The notes beneath the pieces were generated by a model. The model worked only from the letters and a program-made list of their open reading frames with translations. It ran no database searches and was not told the DNA's origin. Below are positions 55,597 to 64,000 of a stretch of 64,000 nt of DNA, piece after piece (positions within the stretch are counted from its first letter, which is position 1; each line of letters begins with the position of its first letter). This stretch comes from an uncultured Thermomicrobiales bacterium (GTDB taxonomy: Bacteria; Chloroflexota; Chloroflexia; Thermomicrobiales; CFX8). A program made the position numbers and the translations under genes. The stretch covers positions 57,814-121,813 of the forward strand of contig CAYWXR010000008.1 of assembly GCA_964462545.1 (NCBI GenBank), read 5' to 3'.

Positions 55597-58587
55597 ATGG
55601 AGAGCATTTTCGGCGTTTCAATCAACACTATCCTGACCATCTTGCTCAGCCTGCTCGCTATCTGTCTCGCATTCGGAGCCTGGATCGCCTTGCGCCACCG
55701 GGTGGTATTCAAAATGGGCATCCGTAACATCCCACGCCGGCCAGCCCAGACAATCCTGATCGTCATCGGCCTGATGCTGAGCACGCTGATCATCGCAGCG
55801 GCATTCACAACCGGCGACACGCTGAGCCACAGCATCCGGTCCGAGGTATATGAGATTCTCGGCAGAGTGGATCATCTTGTTGTCGTTGCGACCAGCGATG
55901 ATGGTGAAGCGGCACGACCACAGGCCGGTCTCACTATCCCCGAACACCTCGCGGCAGACCTGACCCGCGATCTTGCAGGGAACGCAGATATCACCGGCAT
56001 CATCCCGGTCCATTCCGAACGTGTGCCGGTTCTGAACACTCGTACCGGCCTGAGTGAGCCGACACTTTCCCTGGTCGGAGTGCCTGCAGAAGGGCTTGAA
56101 CCGTTCGGGAATATCCTCGACCTGGACGGCAACATTGTCGATATTGCCGAACTCGGTACAAACGGGATCGTCCTCGGAGAAAAGCCGGCCAAGAACCTGG
56201 ACGCCGAACCGGGCGACGTCCTGATAGCGTTCGTTTACAACCAGCCGCATGAACTCACCGTGGTCGCCATCAGCCCGGATTCGTTGCTCCTCGGATATCA
56301 GGATCCCGGCGATCCGGGCGGCTTCGCCATGCCGCTTGAGCGTGCCCAGACGATCTTTGAACGTCCCGGCGAGGTGAGCTACCTGGCAGTGGCGACCAGC
56401 GGTGGCATTCGCGACGGGGCGCACCTGAGCGAACCGGTCGCGACCGCCATCAACAACGCACTGGACGGCACGATATTCCGGGCGGTCCCGGTGAAACAGC
56501 AAGCGCTGGAAATCGCCGAAGAAACCGGAAGCATGTTCGTAACGCTCTTCCTGGCGTTCGGCATGTTCTCGATTGCTGTCGGCATCCTGCTGATTTTTCT
56601 CATCTTCGTCATGCTCGCTGCTGAACGCCAGCCAGAGATGGGCATGGCACGTGCAGTTGGCATGCGCCGGCGTCAACTCATCCAGATGTTCATTGCCGAA
56701 GGGCTCGGCTACGACCTGGCTTCAGCATTGGTTGGCGCACTGCTCGGCGTTGGCGTGGCATTCATCATGGTTGGTGTGCTGTCCAACATGTTCGGGGATT
56801 TCCTGAACATCAAGCCAACTGTCACCTGGAAGAGCCTGGCAGCCTCGTATGCACTTGGGGTAAGCGTGACGTTCCTGACGATCGTCATCTCATCCTGGCG
56901 TGTCAGCAAGCTCAACATCGTCGCGGCGATTCGCAATACTCCGGAGCCACCCCGGAAACGGGCGGGGCGGCGCACGATGGTCTACGGAATCCTCGGCATC
57001 GTAGCCGGTGTGCTGCTGGTTGCGCTGGGTATCTCCATGCATAAGGAATTCCCGTTCTCGATCGGTGTCTCGATCATTCCGTTCGGGATGGCCATCGCCC
57101 TGCGTCGCTTCGGCCTGCCTGCCCGTCTGGTCTATACGCTGGCCTCGCTCGTTGTCCTCGCCTACTGGCTCATGCCGGTAGGAGTGCAAGAGAACCTTCA
57201 GCCAGACCTGGAAGGTGACATCGAGATGTTCGTCGCCTCGGGTCTGATGCTGGTCGCAGCAACGACCATGCTGATCATCTGGAACGCGACGTTGGTCACC
57301 CGGCTCATCGTCTTGCTCGGACGACGATTCAGCCGTTGGTTGCCATCGGTGAAGATTGCCGTCGCCTACCCGCTGGCGAACCGGATGCGCACCGGCATGA
57401 CCATTGCCATGTTCAGTCTTGTCGTCTTCTCGCTGGTGATGATCGCCGCGATCAGTTCCAATCTGGTCAATATGCTCACCGGAGAGAACGCTGGCGGTGG
57501 CTGGGATATCCACGCCATCCAGTCTCCCAGCAATCCGATTCCCGACCTGGTCCAGGCGCTTGACGAACAAGGCATGGATACCAGTGTCATCCTGGCAACC
57601 GGCCGATTGGACACAGTCACCGGTTCGCGGACTCAGGTTCGGCAGGCCGGCGATACCAACTGGTCTGAATACAACCTCAATGGCATGAACGTGGAGTTCA
57701 TGCGCAACAGCGCCGCCGGATTCCAGACCCGGGCTGCCGGCTACGACAGCGATCAGGCCATCTGGGACGCGCTTGCCAACGATCCCCATCTTGCGGTTAT
57801 CGACTCCTGGGCCTTGCCAACGGGCGGTGTCACCGTCTCCGAAGCATCAACACTCCGGCTCAGAGGTATCCGGCAAAACGATTCAGTCATGGATCCGATC
57901 CCGGTGGAAATCCGCGACCCCGCTTCCGGAAAAATGGAGACAGTCACGATCATCGGGATCATCGACAGTGAGGTTTCCGTCTTTGAAGGTTTGTTTATCT
58001 CCCTGGACATACTCAACGAGGTCTTTGCCGCGCCAGGTTACTCTGCCTTCGTCGTGGCGCTTGCCCCGGGAGCGGACCATGTAGCCGTCGCGAACGAGAT
58101 CGAATCGCGACTGGTGAACAACGGTGTCCAGACAATCTCGATCAAGGAGATGCTGGAAGAGAGCGCCGCCAGTTCGCGTGCATCCCTGACTCTCTTCCAG
58201 GGGTTCATGGGACTCGGCCTGATCGTCGGCATCGCATCACTCGGCGTCATCTCGTTCCGTTCGGTGGTGGAACGTCGTCAACAGATCGGAATGCTCCGGG
58301 CGATCGGATTCAGCCGGAAGATTGTCGCTGCCAGTTTCATCATCGAATCGTCGATGATCACGCTCCTCGGTGTTGTCTCCGGCGCGATACTCGGCGTCTG
58401 GCTCTCCTGGAACCTGCTGACAAGCGACTACTTCCTGGGATCCGGCAGCCAGATGGACTTCAACGTCCCGTGGGGCACGGTCGGATTCTTCGTTGCACTA
58501 TCGCTAGGCGCCTCACTGCTGATGGCCTATATCCCCGCACGCCAGGCATCGAGAGTTCCAATTTCGCATGCACTTCGCTACGAGTAG
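55597..58587 (+). CDS. Duplicated FtsX/MacB-type ABC permease
   Basis: Two FtsX modules: AERQPEMGMARAVGM and VERRQQIGMLRAIGF; ends with ALRYE. Confidence 0.9.
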   Translation: MESIFGVSINTILTILLSLLAICLAFGAWIALRHRVVFKMGIRNIPRRPAQTILIVIGLMLSTLIIAAAFTTGDTLSHSIRSEVYEILGRVDHLVVVATSDDGEAARPQAGLTIPEHLAADLTRDLAGNADITGIIPVHSERVPVLNTRTGLSEPTLSLVGVPAEGLEPFGNILDLDGNIVDIAELGTNGIVLGEKPAKNLDAEPGDVLIAFVYNQPHELTVVAISPDSLLLGYQDPGDPGGFAMPLERAQTIFERPGEVSYLAVATSGGIRDGAHLSEPVATAINNALDGTIFRAVPVKQQALEIAEETGSMFVTLFLAFGMFSIAVGILLIFLIFVMLAAERQPEMGMARAVGMRRRQLIQMFIAEGLGYDLASALVGALLGVGVAFIMVGVLSNMFGDFLNIKPTVTWKSLAASYALGVSVTFLTIVISSWRVSKLNIVAAIRNTPEPPRKRAGRRTMVYGILGIVAGVLLVALGISMHKEFPFSIGVSIIPFGMAIALRRFGLPARLVYTLASLVVLAYWLMPVGVQENLQPDLEGDIEMFVASGLMLVAATTMLIIWNATLVTRLIVLLGRRFSRWLPSVKIAVAYPLANRMRTGMTIAMFSLVVFSLVMIAAISSNLVNMLTGENAGGGWDIHAIQSPSNPIPDLVQALDEQGMDTSVILATGRLDTVTGSRTQVRQAGDTNWSEYNLNGMNVEFMRNSAAGFQTRAAGYDSDQAIWDALANDPHLAVIDSWALPTGGVTVSEASTLRLRGIRQNDSVMDPIPVEIRDPASGKMETVTIIGIIDSEVSVFEGLFISLDILNEVFAAPGYSAFVVALAPGADHVAVANEIESRLVNNGVQTISIKEMLEESAASSRASLTLFQGFMGLGLIVGIASLGVISFRSVVERRQQIGMLRAIGFSRKIVAASFIIESSMITLLGVVSGAILGVWLSWNLLTSDYFLGSGSQMDFNVPWGTVGFFVALSLGASLLMAYIPARQASRVPISHALRYE

Positions 58588-58694
58588 CGATGTTATGTCA
58601 CCTCAGTCAACGGAGGATGGCTCCGCAATCACGATACGATGAAAGAGGATTCGAGACGCAATCAGACACGTACAGACCAGAGAAAGGAATCCCC

Positions 58695-59459
58695 ATGACG
58701 AAGAAACTGGACGGGAAGGTCGCAATTATCACCGGCGCGGCATCCGGGATTGGCCGGGCAACGGCTCTACTCTTTTCCCGGGAGGGCGCAAAGGTCGTCG
58801 TTGCCGACATCTCGGCCGATGCCGGCGAAGCCGTAGCCGCCCGGATTCGTGAAGCGGGCGGCGAGGCCATCGCCATCAAGACAGATGTTGGCAACGAGGA
58901 AGAGGTCAAGGCACTGGTGGCGGCCACCGTCGGCAAGTATGGACGCCTTGATATCGCCTTCAACAACGCCGGTATTGGAGGTGACGCAGCCAAGGTTGCC
59001 GACTACAGCACCGAGATGTGGAACCGGGTGATCAATATCAACCTGACCTCGGTGTTTCTCTGCATGAAATATGAACTCGGCCCGATGCTTGAGCAAGGCA
59101 GCGGTTCGATCATCAACTGCTCCTCGATGCTCGGTACCGTGGCCTTTGCCACTGCTCCGGCCTACGTTGCCGCCAAGCATGGTGTCATCGGGCTCACCAA
59201 GACTGCTGCCCTGGAATATGCCGAAGAGGGCATCCGGGTAAACGCGATCTGCCCAGGGTTCGTCGCCACAGCACTGACAACTAACGAGGATGTCGACCCC
59301 AATGCAGAGCTGCATGCGTTCTATGCCGGCATTACCCCTCAAGGCCGGATGGGAACCTCGGAAGAGATCGCTGAAGCGGTCCTCTACCTTGCCAGCGACG
59401 CAGCCGGTTTCACCACCGGCATGGCCATGGTCGTCGATGGCGGATACACCGCCCGGTAA
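58695..59459 (+). CDS. SDR family oxidoreductase
   Basis: TGAASGIG, NNAG, YVAAK, VDGG. Confidence 0.93.
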   Translation: MTKKLDGKVAIITGAASGIGRATALLFSREGAKVVVADISADAGEAVAARIREAGGEAIAIKTDVGNEEEVKALVAATVGKYGRLDIAFNNAGIGGDAAKVADYSTEMWNRVININLTSVFLCMKYELGPMLEQGSGSIINCSSMLGTVAFATAPAYVAAKHGVIGLTKTAALEYAEEGIRVNAICPGFVATALTTNEDVDPNAELHAFYAGITPQGRMGTSEEIAEAVLYLASDAAGFTTGMAMVVDGGYTAR

Positions 59460-59467
59460 ATACCCCT

Positions 59468-59510
59468 GCCCCCTTGCACGGGTGCGACTGGTTAGGCCCG
59501 TGCGAGGGGC
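59468..59510 (+). terminator. Stem-loop after the SDR gene
   Basis: CCCCTTGCACGGG...CCCGTGCGAGGGG. Confidence 0.5.
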
Positions 59511-59624
59511 GACTCATTCACAGAACCCTCCCTGCGTTTACAATGTGTCGCTGGGTCGAGGCATTGTGCCGGATGGGTATTCCTGCATTTGGCTCACAAC
59601 AGGAAATCGGAGTGAGTCGGGGCA

Positions 59625-60812
59625 GTGGCAACCGCAAACGCAAACGTCAAACTGACACGGGCTGATTGGCTGATTATTGCCTCGCTCGCCATGGCCTCGA
59701 TGCTCGGCACACTCAACAACGCCGCACTCAATCCCTTCCTTCCCGACGTTGCCCGCGACATGAACAGCAGTGTCCCGGTGCTTGGCCAGACCGTGACGAT
59801 CATGTTCATCGTCAGCGGTTTGATTGGACTGGTCGCCGGTCCGATAGCCGATCACTACGGGCATCGGCGACTCCTGCTGATCGGTCTGGGCGCGTTGGTC
59901 ATCAATGCATTCGGCACAGCGCTTGCGCCAGGCTTCGTCGCTCTCTTCATCATCCGGCTGGCTGGTGGTTTTGCCGGCGCGGTTCTCTCAGGAGTGGCGC
60001 TGGCCATTGCCGGCACACGCTTTCAGGGAGAAGTCCGGCGCAAGGCGGTCAGTCTTTCGGCAGCATCGATGGCCGGTGGACCAATTCTCGGCATCCCGTT
60101 GCTGACCTCGGTCGGGGGAACCTTTGGCTGGCGCTGGGCGTTTGCCGTCTTTGCCGTGGTGGCAGTATTCGGAATGCTCCTGATCAGCAAGGTCCTCACT
60201 CCGGACCCGTCACGTGATCCGTCTCCGTTCCAGCTTTCGAGTGTGCTCTCGGCCTACAAACCCATTTTCGAACACAGGCCGACGCTTGGGCTGATCAGTG
60301 CAACAGCCCTTCGGGCGCTTTCCTGGAATGGTGTTATCACCTACGCCGGCGCCTATTTCATTGCGGAACGAGGTCTTAGTACCGGCATGGCCGGGATCGT
60401 CTATGTCGCGGGTGGAACCGGCTTCCTGACCGGAAGTCTGGCGGCTGGTGGACCGCTGGGACGTTTCCCGCCGGTCCGGACAGTTGTCCTCACCACCGGA
60501 ACGAGTGGCATCCTCTTCGGAATGCTCTTCGTGCTGCCGGGCATTCCGTTGCCGCTGGCGTCGCTGGCGATTGGCGGATTCATCGGTTCGTTCGGCTGGG
60601 TAGCGGCCACTACGCTACTTTCCAACACATCGCCCGCCGGAGCGGCGACGACAATGGTTCTCAACGGCAGCGGGACGAACCTTGGCTCGGCTGCCGGCGG
60701 CGCTATTGGTGGAGCGCTCATCGCCACAGCGGGATACACCACCGCCGGGCTGATCCTGCCTGCATTTGCGTTCGCATCCTCGCTGGTCATCTGGATCTCG
60801 TCCAGAAGGTGA
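59625..60812 (+). CDS. MFS transporter (DHA1-like)
   Basis: About 12 TM; motif A GPIADHYGHRRLL; GGTFGWRWAF. Confidence 0.88.
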   Translation: MATANANVKLTRADWLIIASLAMASMLGTLNNAALNPFLPDVARDMNSSVPVLGQTVTIMFIVSGLIGLVAGPIADHYGHRRLLLIGLGALVINAFGTALAPGFVALFIIRLAGGFAGAVLSGVALAIAGTRFQGEVRRKAVSLSAASMAGGPILGIPLLTSVGGTFGWRWAFAVFAVVAVFGMLLISKVLTPDPSRDPSPFQLSSVLSAYKPIFEHRPTLGLISATALRALSWNGVITYAGAYFIAERGLSTGMAGIVYVAGGTGFLTGSLAAGGPLGRFPPVRTVVLTTGTSGILFGMLFVLPGIPLPLASLAIGGFIGSFGWVAATTLLSNTSPAGAATTMVLNGSGTNLGSAAGGAIGGALIATAGYTTAGLILPAFAFASSLVIWISSRR

Positions 60813-60876
60813 TCGTGGTTCTCCCCTATACTGGAAGTTGTTACCCGATCATCACCACCGGAAAGGCGGCCGCACC

Positions 60877-61371
60877 ATGACCGCAACAACACCGCTTTCA
60901 CTCCCCGACCACAGCGGGCTGAAGAGTCCGTTCGCCGCCCTGCATCATGTTGCCCTGGTAACCAACGACATGGAAAAGACGGTCGCGTTCTACCGCGATG
61001 TCCTCGGCAGCGAGATTGCAATGGCCCACCGGATGAACCGCGAAGGAGAAGAACGCCATTACTTCATCACCATGGCGCCAAATGTAGTGTTTGCGTTCTT
61101 CGAGTTCCCCGATGCCGAACTGCCCGAACCGCTCCCGGCAACCATGCCCAAGAGCGGGCGCTCGCTCGACCACATCTGTTTCCATGTCCCAAGCCTGGAG
61201 GACTGGCAGGAGTGGAAGTCCAGGCTTACCAACGCCGGAGTGGAAGTCCATGATGCGGGTGGCCGGGCGTCATTCTTCTTCAACGACCCGAACAACATCG
61301 TGATCGAGGTTGCAGTCGGAAGCACCAACCCCGGATTCCCGATCCACGACGATCCGAAACCGGCGTACTGA
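60877..61371 (+). CDS. VOC/glyoxalase family protein
   Basis: LHHVALVTNDMEKTVAFYRDVLG, LDHICF, FFNDPNNIVIE. Confidence 0.9.
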   Translation: MTATTPLSLPDHSGLKSPFAALHHVALVTNDMEKTVAFYRDVLGSEIAMAHRMNREGEERHYFITMAPNVVFAFFEFPDAELPEPLPATMPKSGRSLDHICFHVPSLEDWQEWKSRLTNAGVEVHDAGGRASFFFNDPNNIVIEVAVGSTNPGFPIHDDPKPAY

Positions 61372-62156
61372 TGCTTGCCTTTGCGGTCAGTGGAACCGGT
61401 CCACCGTTGCTTCTGGTACACGCCGGCATTGCCGACAGCCGTATGTGGAGACCGCAGCTGCCGGCGTTGACGCCACACTTCACGGTGGTGACCTGCGATC
61501 TGCGCGGATACGGTGTTTCGCCACCGCCGGAAGAACCGTTTGCCCACCATGAGGATCTCCGTGAGGTACTCGAGCACCTCGGGATCAGGTCAACCCACTT
61601 GCTTGGACTCTCGATGGGCGCGTCGGTTGCCATGGATTTCACGCTGATGTTTCCGGAGATGGTCGACCAGTTGGTACTTTGCGCAGCTCTCGGCCCACCG
61701 CCATTTTCTGAAACGCTCGTTGAGGGGTTCACCCGGGCCGAAGCCGTGTATCTGGCAGATGGGCTGGAAGCACTGAACGAGGTGGAGATGCAAATCTGGG
61801 TGGATGGGCCTCACCGTTCCCCGGACCAGGTCGATCCCGAGATCCGTGGGCTTGTGGCCAGGATGAACCTGCCGCTGTTGGCATCTGAAGAACAGGGCAC
61901 CATCGCCCCTGCCAGCCTCGAGCCTCCGGCACACACCCGGTTGGGTGAAATTTCCGCGCCAACACTGGTTATCGCCGGCGACATCGACCAGCCGGACGTC
62001 CTCGATTATGCTTACCGGCTGTCTGCCGGGATTCCTGATGCACGTCTGGAAGTCATTCCCGGTGTCGCGCACATGATCAACCTGGAAGCCCCGGACCGGT
62101 TCAACGATCTGGTGCTGGACTTCCTGATCGGACAACCTGAAGGGATCGATCGATAG
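61371..62156 (+). CDS. Alpha/beta hydrolase
   Basis: LVHAG, DLRGYG, GLSMG nucleophile elbow, GDID, AHMINLE. Confidence 0.9.
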   Translation: MLAFAVSGTGPPLLLVHAGIADSRMWRPQLPALTPHFTVVTCDLRGYGVSPPPEEPFAHHEDLREVLEHLGIRSTHLLGLSMGASVAMDFTLMFPEMVDQLVLCAALGPPPFSETLVEGFTRAEAVYLADGLEALNEVEMQIWVDGPHRSPDQVDPEIRGLVARMNLPLLASEEQGTIAPASLEPPAHTRLGEISAPTLVIAGDIDQPDVLDYAYRLSAGIPDARLEVIPGVAHMINLEAPDRFNDLVLDFLIGQPEGIDR

Positions 62157-62157
62157 C

Positions 62158-63057
62158 ATGGAGCTTCTGCACGAGATTGATGCCGGCCACGGCCCGGTCG
62201 GCGCGGTCGCGTTCTCTCCGGATGGACAGGCAATCCTGACCGGCGGCGGGGATTGCGTCATCAGAATCCGGTCGACTGGCACCATGCAGGCCAATGCCGA
62301 ACTTACCGGCCACCAGAACTCCATTACCTGTCTGACCTTCTCACCGGATGGCACCCGGTTCGTCTCCGGTAGCGTGGATGCCACAATCCGGCTCTGGGAG
62401 TACCCCTCCGGCACCTTGGTCGCGACCATGATGGGACACGAGGAGACAGTCTCCGATCTCAACTTCTCACCGGATGGCAGCCAGATCGTCAGCGCCTCGT
62501 TCGACAAGACCGCCCGTCTCTGGTCGGCGGAACGTGCCGCCGAAGTTGGCATCAGGATGAAGCACCACAAGAACGTATCGGCTGCTCTCTTTTCCCCGGA
62601 TGGCGGGGCACTGGTTACTGCCGGTATGGGTGAACAGATCTACCTCTGGCTATTGCCAACCGGTAGTTGGGCAGCGTTTCTGCGGACCAGTCAGGCTACC
62701 GATGTTCACCGGGTTGCCGTCGGGGCGCTGGAAATGTCGCCGTCCGGCGAGGTGATGGCGTCCGCCGGATGGGATGGCACTGTCGCGTTCTGGTCCTTCC
62801 CCGGCTGGGCACATATGAGGACTGCCCGGATCGAAAGTTCCGGCATCCACGCGCTGTCGTTCCATCCGAACAGCCGCTACCTTGCAGCCTGCAGTGAAAA
62901 CGAAGTGATCATTGTTGATGTCGAGACCGGCGCGAAGGTCACCAGTTCAAAACAGGTTGCCAGGGGCATCAACAGCGTTCGCTTCTCGCCGGACGGCAAC
63001 CTCGTCGCTGCCGGCTCCAACGACGGTACGCTCCGCGTCTGGAAGGTGAATCTGTAA
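62158..63057 (+). CDS. Stand-alone WD40 repeat protein
   Basis: About 7 GH...FSPDG...D.T.RLW repeats. Confidence 0.9.
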   Translation: MELLHEIDAGHGPVGAVAFSPDGQAILTGGGDCVIRIRSTGTMQANAELTGHQNSITCLTFSPDGTRFVSGSVDATIRLWEYPSGTLVATMMGHEETVSDLNFSPDGSQIVSASFDKTARLWSAERAAEVGIRMKHHKNVSAALFSPDGGALVTAGMGEQIYLWLLPTGSWAAFLRTSQATDVHRVAVGALEMSPSGEVMASAGWDGTVAFWSFPGWAHMRTARIESSGIHALSFHPNSRYLAACSENEVIIVDVETGAKVTSSKQVARGINSVRFSPDGNLVAAGSNDGTLRVWKVNL

Positions 63058-63161
63058 TCTCCTTGTAACACTACCGATTTTCGCTGTTGTGCATACGAAA
63101 CGGCAGCCGACATAACCTGCTCCTGAACGGGATCTCGTGATCGAATTACGAGGAGAATTCC

Positions 63162-64000
63162 ATGAAGTGCAGGATGTCACAGGGGTTGCTACTGTTTCTG
63201 GTGGTGCTGTTGACCGTCGGACCGCTGAACACGGCCGCAGCCCAACACCAACCGGAGGAAATCGACGCATTTGTCGCGGACCAGATGGAAAAGAACCGTA
63301 TCCCCGGGATGGCGCTCACCATTCTCAAGGATGGCGAGGTCTACCACTCCACCGGCTACGGTCACACATCCGATGACAAACCGGTAACACCGCAAACACC
63401 GTTTGTCATTGGCTCAACCACCAAATCGATCACCGCGCTTGCCGTGATGCAACTCGTGGAAGCCGGCAAGATCGACCTCGACGCACCGGTCCGTCAATAT
63501 CTCCCCTGGTTCACCCTCGCCGATACTGCCCGTTCCGATCGTCTCACCGTCCGCCACCTGCTGACGATGTCCAGCGGCATTTCACCACTCGCGGGTGGAG
63601 AGACTTTCCAGTCGACCATCAGCATGACACCCGAGGCAGCGGTCCGGTCGCTTGCCGGCGCATCGTTCATCTATGAACCGGGTGAACGATTTGAATATGT
63701 CAACGCCAACTACGCCATCCTGGGAGTGTTGATTGCTGAAGTCAGCGGGCAATCCTTCGGCGAGTACCTGCGGACGAATATCTTCGAACCGCTGGCGATG
63801 ACCAACACATTCACCGATCCGGAAAGCGCCCGGGCTGCCGGCTTTGCCGATGGCCACCGCTACTGGTTCGGCTTCACCATCCCCTACGAAACACCCTATC
63901 TGGAGCAACTCGTGCCGGCCGGCTATGTCATCTCGACCTCCGAAGACCTCAGCCACTACCTCGAGATGTATCTCAACAATGGTGAGTACAACGGACGGCA
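63162..64000 (+). CDS. Secreted serine hydrolase, beta-lactamase/S12 family (partial, runs off the window)
   Basis: Not in the ORF track. Manual translation: signal peptide, IDAFVADQMEKNRIPGMA, FVIGSTTK (SxxK), TVRHLLTMSSG, FEYVNANY (YxN). Confidence 0.88.
   Translation, partial: MKCRMSQGLLLFLVVLLTVGPLNTAAAQHQPEEIDAFVADQMEKNRIPGMALTILKDGEVYHSTGYGHTSDDKPVTPQTPFVIGSTTKSITALAVMQLVEAGKIDLDAPVRQYLPWFTLADTARSDRLTVRHLLTMSSGISPLAGGETFQSTISMTPEAAVRSLAGASFIYEPGERFEYVNANYAILGVLIAEVSGQSFGEYLRTNIFEPLAMTNTFTDPESARAAGFADGHRYWFGFTIPYETPYLEQLVPAGYVISTSEDLSHYLEMYLNNGEYNGR

Noticed and set aside
1-64000. CRISPR array, tRNA/rRNA, integrase/transposase, reverse transcriptase/DGR, known anti-phage systems, selenoprotein read-through
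   Set aside because: No regularly spaced direct repeats, RNA gene signatures, recombinase or RT motifs, or in-frame TGA at catalytic Cys positions were seen by eye; subtle cases cannot be excluded without computation

Overview
A gene-dense, high-GC bacterial chromosomal segment with about 60 CDS. I see no rRNA, tRNA, CRISPR array, prophage or intact IS. The gene content suggests Chloroflexota, probably Thermomicrobiales; this is an inference from a secreted protein with a YFxxTG...GG...G.PIT...VQ.FE module, a predicted F420-dependent LLM enzyme, Tad pseudopilins and Actinobacteria-like modules. Contents in order: aspartate kinase; small membrane proteins plus a Vps62/NPP1-like membrane-anchored protein; a PspC-LiaF envelope-stress operon; a Tad minor-pilin module with a long repeat-rich TadG; several peptidases; an NCS2 permease; folC; an AAA-LuxR regulator and its likely target; a divergent PyrE-like protein ahead of an unpaired GAF/PAS kinase; a REC-GAF-PAS-GAF-GGDEF-HD-GYP protein with degenerate REC, GGDEF and HD-GYP motifs; a cytochrome c-PCuAC-Sco cluster; a DinB/VOC/peroxiredoxin run; an ECF sigma/anti-sigma/ABC cassette; a decayed vapBC pair missed by the ORF track; a coupled DAP-lyase/GNAT/SDR operon; and a MacB/FtsX ABC exporter. 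The best candidates for undescribed biology are the triple-degenerate signalling protein, the pseudo-PyrE plus kinase pair, the Vps62-like two-gene module and the divergent Tad module with its repeated operator-like motif. All calls come from reading motifs by eye; no database searches were run.
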